Assembly (NCBI GenBank): GCA_021818995.1
Contig: JAKASP010000001.1
Span: 289,252-353,251 of the forward strand
DNA: 64,000 nt
Direction: 5' to 3'
From: Candidatus Micrarchaeota archaeon
Lineage (GTDB): Archaea > Micrarchaeota > Micrarchaeia > Micrarchaeales > CABMGC01
In this document: positions 56,348 to 64,000 of the stretch, one piece after another
Layout: every line of letters begins with the position of its first letter
Numbering within the stretch: the stretch's first letter is position 1
Notes under the pieces: model-generated
What the model saw: the letters and a program-made list of their open reading frames with translations, nothing else
Database searches by the model: none
What the model was told of the DNA's origin: nothing
Position numbers and translations under genes: made by a program

Positions 56348-56929
56348 TTATTTCTTCAGCTCTTTGTGCACATCTTTCAATCCAGAACTTATTATATCCA
56401 ACGCACGTCTCATTATCTCGTTGGCGTTCATCTGCCCGAACGACTCGAAATAGAACTCAAAATCCTTCCCGTTCTTGGTCTTGTAGCTCACAATTCCGGG
56501 CTGGAACTTGGCGCTCCTGCTCCCGGTGCCAAGCACCGCCTTACCGTCAACGCGGAGCCTCTGGCCCTCGGCGAGCTTTATGATCGGTATGTCAGCGTTA
56601 GCGACCTTTACGCTCTTGTCGCTGCTCTTCATCTCCTTCGAGTAGACTGTCGCGGGTCCCTCGGCTTCGAGCGAGAAAACAATCTCGTCCTTCTCGTCGT
56701 AGTCCTTCGGGGTGAGTATGGGAACCAGCCCGAGCCTGTGCGCTAGGTACTCGTCGAAGATCGCACTCGTGTTCTCGTAGAACGTGACCGTGTCTATCGC
56801 AAAGCAGCCCACTCCGCCGATGGCTGTCCTGCGTATCGCGTTGGCCATTCCGTAGCCTATCCCGCTTACGTCTACGCGCAGCACCTTTGGTGAGTTCTCG
56901 ATCACGCTAACCTTCATCAAATCAGTCAA
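56348..56929 (-). CDS. rpoD: DNA-directed RNA polymerase subunit D (Rpo3), short form
   Basis: 193 aa with GMANAIRRTAIGGVGCFAIDTVTFYENTSAIFDEYLAHRLGLVP. No Cys-rich Fe-S domain is visible. Confidence 0.8.
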   Translation of the reverse strand: MTDLMKVSVIENSPKVLRVDVSGIGYGMANAIRRTAIGGVGCFAIDTVTFYENTSAIFDEYLAHRLGLVPILTPKDYDEKDEIVFSLEAEGPATVYSKEMKSSDKSVKVANADIPIIKLAEGQRLRVDGKAVLGTGSRSAKFQPGIVSYKTKNGKDFEFYFESFGQMNANEIMRRALDIISSGLKDVHKELKK

Positions 56930-56984
56930 GAATAAGGCAAAAGCCTTATTTATATTCGAGTTAACACTATTTAAAGATAGCGGC

Positions 56985-57587
56985 TTGTTGGAGATTGGAA
57001 TGGATTTTTGGCACGTTTACGAGGCAGAAAAGACCAAGCCAGAATTCGGCAGCGGCAGGGCGTACATCGCCTCGAGGGAGCGGATACATCTCTCGATGTC
57101 GCACGTGGAGCGCTACAGCACGTTGCTCCCGATGAACCAAGGAATGTTTAGGAAGTTCAGCGAGGAGGCGAGATACGTGATAACTAAGGACCTTACCCAC
57201 GACATACTGGTCTCGATTTACGACGTGAACACCACCGAATCTGTGCTGCTGAGGTTCTCCGAGGCCCTGGGCAACCAGGCCGTAGTAAAGGCCCTTGCCG
57301 CGGTAAAGAGGCTGAAGAAGCCAAACCTCGAGATGCGGGTCATAGGGTTGCAGGACAAGGATACTGAGCTGCTCGCATCCGCCGACAGGCTCTACTCTGC
57401 GGCTAGGCCAGCGCTTGTGGAGGTCGACCTCTTCGGCGCCGAAACGAGGCACATCGCCTTCGATACCAAGCTCGGCATGACCTTCGACCTACTCCTGCTC
57501 AACCGCATCTACAGGCCGCACGAGCTCGCGACAACGATCAGCGCTGACGACTACGCGAAGAGCAAGTCAGAGCTTAAGTTCGTATAG
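56985..57587 (+). CDS. hypothetical protein (200 aa)
   Basis: Clean ORF with no confident motif. It overlaps the convergent thpR by about 20 nt. Confidence 0.45.
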   Translation: MLEIGMDFWHVYEAEKTKPEFGSGRAYIASRERIHLSMSHVERYSTLLPMNQGMFRKFSEEARYVITKDLTHDILVSIYDVNTTESVLLRFSEALGNQAVVKALAAVKRLKKPNLEMRVIGLQDKDTELLASADRLYSAARPALVEVDLFGAETRHIAFDTKLGMTFDLLLLNRIYRPHELATTISADDYAKSKSELKFV

Positions 57588-58109
57588 TGTTCTGTAGAAC
57601 GGGCCGCTGGGCGTTAGGTCGCTTTCCTTCAGCGCAACAAAAGAGGCTGTGAACGAGCCGAGCGTCGCCTTCGAATTCTTGTCCAGCGCCTCCCTCAGCC
57701 TGCGCATCTCCCCGACGCGCTTCACGCGTGCGATTGTCAGGTGGGGCGTGTAGTCGTTCTCCTTCTCGTACGCGATCTTGTTTGCATCGAGCGCGCTTCC
57801 TAGCTTTGCATAGATCTCGCGCAGCTTGTCGGCTCCTTCGCTCACCTCCACGAATATCACTCTTATGAGCCTGGGCGTGAAGTAAGATACGCCGGAGAGC
57901 GTGACCCTGAAGGGCGCCTGCTTCAGTGTCTTGACCGCAGCAATCGCCTTCTCGGCCTGCTCCGCGTTGATGTCACCGAGAAACTGCAGCGTGAGGTGCA
58001 TGGACTCTTTCTTTACAAGCGTCAGGCCCTCCATCGCGAAGTCCTTTTCCAGGGCCTCGGCCCTGAGTCGTATCTCCTCTGGCACATTCAAGGCGATAAA
58101 CGCGCGCAT
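57567..58109 (-). CDS. thpR: RNA 2',3'-cyclic phosphodiesterase / 2'-5' RNA ligase family (LigT/ThpR, 2H phosphoesterase)
   Basis: Two HxTx motifs (HLTLQF and HLTIAR), about 180 aa from the ATG at 58109. The track extension to 58457 overlaps the csaA-like gene. Confidence 0.8.
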   Translation of the reverse strand: MRAFIALNVPEEIRLRAEALEKDFAMEGLTLVKKESMHLTLQFLGDINAEQAEKAIAAVKTLKQAPFRVTLSGVSYFTPRLIRVIFVEVSEGADKLREIYAKLGSALDANKIAYEKENDYTPHLTIARVKRVGEMRRLREALDKNSKATLGSFTASFVALKESDLTPSGPFYRTLYELKL

Positions 58110-58152
58110 AACCAAACCTAATAAAGTTAAGGAAAGAATTGTTTTTGATTGT

Positions 58153-58482
58153 ATGGTTAGCATCGAAGAGTTCAAGAACATAGACATACGCGTGGGCAAG
58201 ATACTCGAGGTTAGCCCCCACGAGAATGCAAGGAATCCGATGTACATACTGCGCATAGACTTCGGGAGCGAAATAGGCGAGCGCACGATAGTGGCTGGGA
58301 TAAGGGACAGGTACGCGAAAGACGAGCTTGAGGGCAAGAAGATAGCCTGCGTTGTCAACCTCGAACCCAAGAGCGTTGCCGGCGTGGTGTCCAATGGCAT
58401 GATACTCGCCGCGGAGAGCGGCGAGGCGCTGTCGGTGCTGGTGCCGGACAAGGACATAGAGCAGGGAAGCAGAGTGCACTAA
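58153..58482 (+). CDS. csaA: free-standing tRNA-binding domain protein (Trbp111/CsaA-like)
   Basis: 109 aa from the ATG at 58153, with FKNIDIRVGKILEV...VVNLEPKSVAGVVSNGMILAAE, a typical OB-fold tRNA-binding domain. Confidence 0.8.
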   Translation: MVSIEEFKNIDIRVGKILEVSPHENARNPMYILRIDFGSEIGERTIVAGIRDRYAKDELEGKKIACVVNLEPKSVAGVVSNGMILAAESGEALSVLVPDKDIEQGSRVH

Positions 58483-59025
58483 ATGATAATCTGCATAACC
58501 GGACTGCCTGGTGCAGGGAAGAGCACCGCTGGCAGGATTCTCGGAAGGATGGGCTACAGAGTCTATGAGCTGGGCGACATAGTCAGGGAGATGATGCGAA
58601 AGCAGGGCATAAAACTCACGCCAGAGTCGGACAAGAGGTTCACCACCGAGCTAAGGAGAAAGCACGGTAAGCTTGTCACGGTCAGATATCTGCTGAAAAG
58701 GGTGAGGCTCAGTGGAAATGGCAACATCGTAATCGTCGGAGTGAGGAGCAAGGCAGAACTCGACTACATAAGGAAGCATGCGCGGATAGCGACAGTCGCA
58801 ATTGTCGCACCGGTTAAGCTGAGGTTCGCGCGCATAAAGAGACGCAGGAGGCCAGACGCGCCGAGAACCCTCGCGGAGTTCATCAAGAACAGGGACAGGA
58901 AGGAGGAGAGCTGGGGCGAGCTCGGTGCGATAAAGAGCTCGGACTACATCATATCAGGTGCGGGCACAAACGCGGAGCTGAAACGCGCGATGACCGAGAT
59001 GCTGAGCGCCGAGGGGACATCATGA
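58483..59025 (+). CDS. UPF0200-family P-loop nucleotide kinase-like protein
   Basis: 180 aa with the GLPGAGKST P-loop. The layout RRRRPDAP..L.EF..RD.KE...G.LG matches archaeal UPF0200. Confidence 0.7.
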   Translation: MIICITGLPGAGKSTAGRILGRMGYRVYELGDIVREMMRKQGIKLTPESDKRFTTELRRKHGKLVTVRYLLKRVRLSGNGNIVIVGVRSKAELDYIRKHARIATVAIVAPVKLRFARIKRRRRPDAPRTLAEFIKNRDRKEESWGELGAIKSSDYIISGAGTNAELKRAMTEMLSAEGTS

Positions 59026-59480
59026 AGAGGTGCATAGTCGGTGGCTGCGTAGTGCTGCACAACGGCCACATCCTGATGCTGAAGCACAAGAAGCTTGGCG
59101 TTTGGCTGTATCCTGGAGGACACCTGGAACAGAACGAGACCCCGATCGATACCGCGCTGAGGGAAACATTCGAGGAGACGGGGCTAAAAGTCAGGATTTT
59201 GGATGCCGGTAAAAACAAAAAAATAAAGGACAAGGTTGCATGGGAGCCTCCTTCTCCGCTGACGATAATGCTGGAAAGAGTGCCGTACAAGGACGGCACG
59301 CACCTGCATTTCGACCTAGTCTATCTAGCTGTGCCGAAGGGCTCGGGCAAAGTGAAGGTGCAAAGAAAAGAGTCGGAAGGCTTCAGGTGGCTCACAAAGA
59401 AGGAACTTGCAGCAATAAACACTTACAAGAACGTTCGCGAGGTCGCCATGCGCGCATTCGACTATGCAAAGGCATTTTAA
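59022..59480 (+). CDS. Nudix hydrolase
   Basis: Nudix box GGHLEQNETPIDTALRETFEETGL. The start overlaps the upstream stop (ATGA). Confidence 0.8.
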   Translation: MKRCIVGGCVVLHNGHILMLKHKKLGVWLYPGGHLEQNETPIDTALRETFEETGLKVRILDAGKNKKIKDKVAWEPPSPLTIMLERVPYKDGTHLHFDLVYLAVPKGSGKVKVQRKESEGFRWLTKKELAAINTYKNVREVAMRAFDYAKAF

Positions 59481-59486
59481 CTTTAA

Positions 59487-60344
59487 TTGCCATCATCAAC
59501 CATGGCGAGCGGTTTCGCAAAGATGCTGCTTTTCGCAACAGTGTTCTCACTGATGGCGTTTAGCGCCAGCGCCACTTACTTGACTGTGGAAGGCCCGGTA
59601 TCGGCGCTGCTGTATAACAACGGCACCCTCAACGTGGGCAAAGTAGGCCCCGGAGAAAGCTTCTACGTTCTTGCATCTCCAGCAACAGCCAACGCATCAG
59701 GAGTTATAGTGAACATCGGCTGGGACAGGCTCGAGGCGGTGACCCTGCCGAGCGGCTGGTCAGCGCAGCCATCGCCACTTTACGAGAATCCGATGAAGAT
59801 GAAGATCACAGTCGGTTCTACAACGGTTAACGGCACTTACACGATGGTCCTTAGGGCAGTTAACGTCGGCAACTATTCAAAGCTTGGCAACCTCACATTC
59901 ACAGCCGAGATAAACGTTACCCCTGATGTGCTTTCCACTAACGTGACGCCTGTGGACGTGGTCGCCGGGGTAGGCCAGCCGGTAAACCTCAACATAGCGA
60001 TAAACAACACAGGCGCGTCGGACGACCCATTCCTGATAAACGTCTATGGGCTTCCGGCATGGAACCAGCCCACAGAGGTGATTGCCACGCACTCAACATC
60101 CAACACCTACCTCTACCCTATATTCGAAAATGAGCCAGGCGTTTACACCTTCAACCTGACCATAAACTCTACCACCAGCCCGCTCATACACAAGACCTAT
60201 CCGATAACGCTCACCGTGCAGTCAAGCCTGATAAACGACTTCAGCGCCACGGGACAGGGCGTAGTGCTCTCGCCGATAATCTACGAGCCGGCTTACGCTG
60301 TCATGCTTCTGATAAGCGACGTTTACCACCTAATTTTCAAGTAG
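59487..60344 (+). CDS. secreted, C-terminally anchored, sequon-rich surface protein
   Basis: 285 aa with an N-terminal signal peptide (LLFATVFSLMAFSASA), many N-x-S/T sites and a C-terminal hydrophobic segment. Confidence 0.5.
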   Translation: MPSSTMASGFAKMLLFATVFSLMAFSASATYLTVEGPVSALLYNNGTLNVGKVGPGESFYVLASPATANASGVIVNIGWDRLEAVTLPSGWSAQPSPLYENPMKMKITVGSTTVNGTYTMVLRAVNVGNYSKLGNLTFTAEINVTPDVLSTNVTPVDVVAGVGQPVNLNIAINNTGASDDPFLINVYGLPAWNQPTEVIATHSTSNTYLYPIFENEPGVYTFNLTINSTTSPLIHKTYPITLTVQSSLINDFSATGQGVVLSPIIYEPAYAVMLLISDVYHLIFK

Positions 60345-60353
60345 AGCGATCCG

Positions 60354-61043
60354 ATGGATAAGGAGAAGAAGGAAAAGGAAGAAAGCAGGATACTCTATCT
60401 TCGCGCAGAGTCTGCAGAGGACATCTGCAGGTGCGCATGCAAGTTTGACTTCACTTCCGAGACTCTGGTGCTCGCGGAGTCTGGCAAGGGAAACAGGCTC
60501 ATCGCCCTCGGCGAACGCGTCGGCGAAACGCAGATCGCATACTACTCCGCGGTGAAGGGAAGCGGCGGCATAATACTCTATGAGCCTGCCACGCGCGACA
60601 ACAGGGAAAGCATGCAGTTCACTACAGAGACCGACCTCCCCGGCAAGCAGTACATAAACGTGATGCGCGCCGACCTCGGCAAGTTCGCGTCTGCGAGCAC
60701 GATAGACGCCAAGAAGGTGCAGCTGGTCAAGATATCCAAGCCGGAGGACCTTGTCGGCGCTATAATAAGGAAAGCGGCCGGAGATGAGAAGATTGCGAGC
60801 GTGTACGCATTCAACGTTGGAGCGAAGAGGATGATCGGCGCGTTCGATGTTCTCGATTCGCTCTCGAACGACAAGCCCGCGTTCTTCTACGCGGATGCCG
60901 GCGCGGCGAATCGCGGAAACTTCGCAAGGTACGATTACAGAAGCAACGTTCTCGACTTCGCGAACATGATGGAGGGCCACGCGTACATGTACGCAAAGGT
61001 AATCAATCTTGCAGAACCATTCCCATTCCTTAGCAGCAAATGA
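60354..61043 (+). CDS. hypothetical protein (229 aa)
   Basis: Clean ORF with no confident motif. Confidence 0.45.
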   Translation: MDKEKKEKEESRILYLRAESAEDICRCACKFDFTSETLVLAESGKGNRLIALGERVGETQIAYYSAVKGSGGIILYEPATRDNRESMQFTTETDLPGKQYINVMRADLGKFASASTIDAKKVQLVKISKPEDLVGAIIRKAAGDEKIASVYAFNVGAKRMIGAFDVLDSLSNDKPAFFYADAGAANRGNFARYDYRSNVLDFANMMEGHAYMYAKVINLAEPFPFLSSK

Positions 61044-61080
61044 GAAGAATTATTAGGTGTTAAGAACAATCCTATCTCGT

Positions 61081-61155
61081 GCCCGAATAGCTCAGTGGTA
61101 GAGCGAGCGGCTGTTAACCGCTAGGTCGCAGGTCCAATCCCTGCTTCGGGCGCCA
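61081..61155 (+). tRNA. tRNA-Asn(GUU) with genomically encoded CCA
   Basis: GCCCGAA-TA-GCTC-AGTGGTA-GAGC-G-AGCGG-CTGTTAA-CCGCT-AGGTC-GCAGG-TCCAATC-CCTGC-TTCGGGC-G-CCA. Confidence 0.9.
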
Positions 61156-61170
61156 TATTTTAACAACAGA

Positions 61171-61180
61171 TAAATATTTT
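61171..61180 (+). promoter_or_regulatory. TATA-box-like element (TAAATATTTT)
   Basis: About 23 nt upstream of the ATG at 61198, consistent with a leaderless small-ORF transcript. Confidence 0.3.
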
Positions 61181-61197
61181 GCGCACGCAGTATTGCC

Positions 61198-61326
61198 ATG
61201 GCAAAGAAAGCAAAGAGGATGAGCCACAAGAAATCCGAGGCAGAGTGCTGCATGAATTGCTGCTCGTGCTGCGACTGTGGCGAATGCTCAGGCAGAAAGA
61301 TGAAGTGCAACTGCGACTGCTGCTGA
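61198..61326 (+). CDS. candidate 42-aa cysteine-rich peptide (13 Cys; metallothionein-like); absent from the ORF track
   Basis: My translation is MAKKAKRMSHKKSEAECCMNCCSCCDCGECSGRKMKCNCDCC. It has an ATG start, a TATA-like element upstream and an oligo-T run downstream. Confidence 0.4.
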   Translation: MAKKAKRMSHKKSEAECCMNCCSCCDCGECSGRKMKCNCDCC

Positions 61327-61397
61327 ATCGCGCAACGCGACAGCTATGCATTCAACTGCTCACCGGCAGTCAACGCCGGTTAGAATACGCGCGGATC

Positions 61398-61404
61398 TTT
61401 TTTT
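61398..61404 (+). terminator. oligo-T run (T7), possible archaeal terminator for the Cys-rich ORF
   Basis: TTTTTTT about 70 nt after the 61326 stop. It overlaps the 3' end of the convergent zinc-ribbon ORF. Confidence 0.25.
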
Positions 61405-61546
61405 ACTTTCCGCCAATCCTGAACATCTTTGTGCCGCAGACAGGGCATGTTCCTTGCATCGCCTTCCTGCCACTCTTCATAGTCACTTCCTTCGCGTCCT
61501 TCATCTCCCTCTTCTGCTTGCACTTAACGCAATATGCTTCTACCAT
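61403..61546 (-). CDS. small zinc-ribbon protein (DUF5679-like), 47 aa; absent from the ORF track
   Basis: My translation is MVEAYCVKCKQKREMKDAKEVTMKSGRKAMQGTCPVCGTKMFRIGGK. The CxxC...CPxCG..MFRIG pattern matches the DUF5679 family as I recall it. Confidence 0.55.
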   Translation of the reverse strand: MVEAYCVKCKQKREMKDAKEVTMKSGRKAMQGTCPVCGTKMFRIGGK

Positions 61547-61587
61547 AGTCTCACGAGAGTTTATTGCACAGATAGCAATAAAAAGCC

Positions 61588-62361
61588 TCAGCTAGGGCGC
61601 CAGCCCGACCTGTATGCGGCGTAGGCCAGGTTTCCGACAAGCAGAGCAAGCAAAATCGAGTATGTTACTCCATAGCTTGCCAGCAGCATGTACACCACTG
61701 CGATCCCCGCACCGAAAGCCGCCTGCAGCCTTTTGTCATGCGGAGAGGTCTTTGGCTCAGCGACCATTATGAACGCGAAGAAGAAGTTTATCCCTAAAAG
61801 CGAAACGACCAGGCTCTGAGGCGAAGGTACCGAATGGGACAACAAGATTGCCATAACGAATGCAGCCGCAACGAACGAAACCGAAGCCGTAAGCCTGTGC
61901 GCCTTGTACGCCGCTATGGCCAGGATCGGAGTTATGGTCAAGGCGAGCCCCAGAACGTTGAAGTTGGCCGCGGCCCACCAGTCGTCGCCCACAGAGAACA
62001 GGAATAGGGCGATCAGAAGGCCGAATGCCGCAGGGTTGAACACGTTCCCGCGTTTTGTCTTGATGAAGTGCTTTGACATAAGTGCAATGATTACTGCGAA
62101 CAGCACCAAAGGGAGCGGAGCGTTGAGCGGCGCAACAGATCCGATTATCAGGCCTGTGATTACTGCAGAAACAGGAAACCTGAGAGCTCGTCTGAGGTAC
62201 ATCCTCTCAATAAACGCGTCTATCGCCACCGCCACGGCCACCGCGAGCACGAGCGGGAGCGGAAACTGCGCAGATGCGTAACTCGCAGATCCTACGACCA
62301 AAATGAGCAGGGCGATTGCCCATAAGTACATAGAGCCTATGTTCTGCCCCATTAATTTCAT
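61588..62361 (-). CDS. polytopic membrane protein, RnfD/NqrB-like
   Basis: 257 aa with about 7-8 TMs and a VFNPAAFG motif reminiscent of the RnfD/NqrB family. Confidence 0.5.
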   Translation of the reverse strand: MKLMGQNIGSMYLWAIALLILVVGSASYASAQFPLPLVLAVAVAVAIDAFIERMYLRRALRFPVSAVITGLIIGSVAPLNAPLPLVLFAVIIALMSKHFIKTKRGNVFNPAAFGLLIALFLFSVGDDWWAAANFNVLGLALTITPILAIAAYKAHRLTASVSFVAAAFVMAILLSHSVPSPQSLVVSLLGINFFFAFIMVAEPKTSPHDKRLQAAFGAGIAVVYMLLASYGVTYSILLALLVGNLAYAAYRSGWRPS

Positions 62362-62364
62362 AAT

Positions 62365-62796
62365 TCAACCTACGAGATAGCCGTTGGGGTCTACGAGCAC
62401 GAAGCCATCGTCGGCACGCGATGAGTCAAAGCCGCCGCCGTCATCGCCGAATGATGTCTCCACAACGTACAGCTTGTATCCTGGCTTAACTACCACGCTT
62501 TGGGTCGCATTTGTTCCGTTCACGGATATGGTTATGTTCACCGAGCCGTCAGAGAACGCGGTCTTCTGCATAGTGTATCCGACAAGGGCGTCCTTTGCCT
62601 GATATGTCAGGTTGTTTCCCGAAATAAGGTAAGAATAGGGCGCAAACTGCGAAGTCGCGAACGCTATCGGAGCAGTGGTGGTGCTGCTGTTGGCCTGCTG
62701 CTGCGTCCCGCTTCCGCTGATGCTCATCAAAGCGAACGCGAGAGAAGCCAAAACAATTACCAAGACAGCCCCGACCGCAATAAGCCTCGTTTCCAT
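62365..62796 (-). CDS. N-terminally anchored or secreted sequon-rich protein (143 aa)
   Basis: N-terminal hydrophobic segment and several N-x-S/T sites. It lies 4 nt upstream of the RnfD-like gene. Confidence 0.45.
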   Translation of the reverse strand: METRLIAVGAVLVIVLASLAFALMSISGSGTQQQANSSTTTAPIAFATSQFAPYSYLISGNNLTYQAKDALVGYTMQKTAFSDGSVNITISVNGTNATQSVVVKPGYKLYVVETSFGDDGGGFDSSRADDGFVLVDPNGYLVG

Positions 62797-62885
62797 GGAA
62801 TCATTTGAAAAGCGTGCTTTAAATCACTGCCGTTTCATTTCGGCTCTTATAAACATTTATCTATATTGCAACCTTATTATTCCTC

Positions 62886-62960
62886 GGGCCCGTAACTCAG
62901 CTTGGCCAGAGTAGCGGCCTTTTAAGCCGACAGTCGCGGGTTCAAATCCCGCCGGGCCCA
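62886..62960 (+). tRNA. tRNA-Lys(UUU)
   Basis: GGGCCCG-TA-ACTC-AGCTTGGCCA-GAGT-A-GCGGC-CTTTTAA-GCCGA-CAGTC-GCGGG-TTCAAAT-CCCGC-CGGGCCC-A. A TATA-like TTTATCTATATT lies about 25 nt upstream. Confidence 0.9.
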
Positions 62961-62969
62961 CGTGATCAC

Positions 62970-64000
62970 ATGCAGGAAAGGAGCAAAGAAGAGCTGAAGG
63001 ACAAGCACTGGTCAGAGATACTCGCAGGAAGGGTCATATCAGAGAAGAGGGCCCCCTACGTGCTCACCGGCGGCATGACCACTAGCGGCCCGGCCCACAT
63101 GGGCACCGTGTGCGAATTCCTGTATCCGTCGGTCCTGCGCGAAGCTATCGAGAAGGAAGGGAAAAGCTCAGAACTTTTCTTCATCGCGGATATCTTCGAC
63201 GCATTTGATGGCATACCGGAGGAGCTCAAAAAATATGAGAAGGTTCTTACGCCGGAGCTTGGCAAACCGCTTTCAAATGTCATCGACCCGCTCGGATGCC
63301 ATTCCTCTTTCGGAGAGCACTATCTCGCCCAGGCGACGGAGATAATGCAGAAGATGGAGCTAAAGCTCAACCTCGTCAGGGCGCCGGAGCTGTATTCGAG
63401 CGGCAGCTTTGACAGATTCGCCGTCTTGTTCCTGAAGGAGGAGGAGAAGGTGAAGGAGGTCGTGGCCCGGACATCGCTCAGGAAGGTCGAGGACCTAAAG
63501 AACTGGAGCCCGATAATGCCTGTCTGCGCCAGTTGCGGCAAGATAGCCACAACAAGGGTCACGTGGCACGACTTGGAGAGCTACGAATATGCGTGCGACG
63601 TTGATGTGAAGTACACGAAAGGCTGCGATTACAAGGGCAAGGCAAAGATAAGCGACCACAAGTACAAACTTCAGTGGAGGCTGCACTGGCCATCATGGCA
63701 GGCGCACTTCAACTCCGTGGCAGAGGGCAGCGGCGTCGACCACATGACCAGGGGTGGAAGCGCAGACACGTCAGTCGCTATACACAAAGAGATACTCGAT
63801 CGCGAGCCTCCGATACTGTTCAAGTATGGGTTCGTGCTGCTGCACGGCAAGAAATACTCGAAGTCAAAGGGGATAGGGATGGGCGCGCTCGAGATAATGA
63901 GGTTGATGCCTCCAGAAGTGCTGAAGTACGTGCTCATACTCCCCAACCAGGAGCAGAACAAGAACATAGACCCAGAGGGAAACGGGCTCATCGATCTCTA
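62970..64000 (+). CDS. lysK: class I lysine--tRNA ligase (partial, runs off the window end)
   Basis: An open frame runs from the ATG at 62970 to the window edge. It has SGPAHMGT (HIGH-like) and KYSKSKG (KMSKS). It is absent from the ORF track because there is no stop within the window. Confidence 0.85.
   Translation, partial: MQERSKEELKDKHWSEILAGRVISEKRAPYVLTGGMTTSGPAHMGTVCEFLYPSVLREAIEKEGKSSELFFIADIFDAFDGIPEELKKYEKVLTPELGKPLSNVIDPLGCHSSFGEHYLAQATEIMQKMELKLNLVRAPELYSSGSFDRFAVLFLKEEEKVKEVVARTSLRKVEDLKNWSPIMPVCASCGKIATTRVTWHDLESYEYACDVDVKYTKGCDYKGKAKISDHKYKLQWRLHWPSWQAHFNSVAEGSGVDHMTRGGSADTSVAIHKEILDREPPILFKYGFVLLHGKKYSKSKGIGMGALEIMRLMPPEVLKYVLILPNQEQNKNIDPEGNGLIDL

Noticed and set aside
1-64000. 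A search for CRISPR arrays, transposases or integrases, prophage remnants, rRNA genes and long direct or inverted repeats.
   Set aside because: None was seen by eye. The tRNA genes show no adjacent integrase or duplicated attachment-like 3' fragments. Repeats shorter than about 20 nt, or diverged repeats, could have been missed without computation.

Overview
This is a compact, roughly 90% coding archaeal chromosomal segment with mid-50s % GC (estimated by eye). The archaeal assignment rests on PolD (DP1 and DP2), a thermosome, aIF-1A and aIF-2beta, AglB/STT3, CDP-archaeol synthase, geranylgeranyl reductase, archaeal-type adenylate kinase, class I LysRS, an SRP RNA and intron-bearing tRNAs. 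PolD together with a short XPF and many small or split genes is compatible with a DPANN-like or other non-crenarchaeal lineage, but I cannot assign taxonomy from sequence alone.

Most of the content is housekeeping:
- aminoacyl-tRNA synthetases: His, Ala, Met and Lys (the last partial at the window edge);
- ribosomal proteins L34e, L14e, S8e, S2, S9 and L13;
- RNA polymerase subunits RpoD and RpoN;
- SecY, KEOPS/t6A factors and lipid biosynthesis genes.

I found 7 tRNA genes, two of them with introns and one of those apparently in the T-loop. I found no rRNA, CRISPR array, transposase, integrase or obvious mobile element.

The regions most worth follow-up are:
1. A nine-gene co-oriented block (25375-32851, minus strand). 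It holds a type IV pilus-like ATPase, a split platform protein, two class III signal-peptide pilins, then two large tandem paralogs of unknown family, then LemA and HtpX.
2. A tightly coupled operon of a DUF929 thioredoxin-like CxxC protein, a CxC membrane protein and a V4R-like protein immediately upstream of secY.
3. A tRNA between rpoN and rps2 with a 21-nt insertion in the T-loop and an AGG anticodon as I fold it.
4. Several ORFs under 60 aa that the ORF track does not list: a 42-aa peptide with 13 Cys, a 49-aa multi-Cys protein, a 50-aa ORF that exactly fills the rps9-rpoN gap, and a DUF5679-like zinc ribbon.
5. A protein translationally coupled to S8e whose C-terminus mimics the ribosomal-stalk tail.

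All functional calls come from motif and family recognition by eye. No database search or folding program was run.
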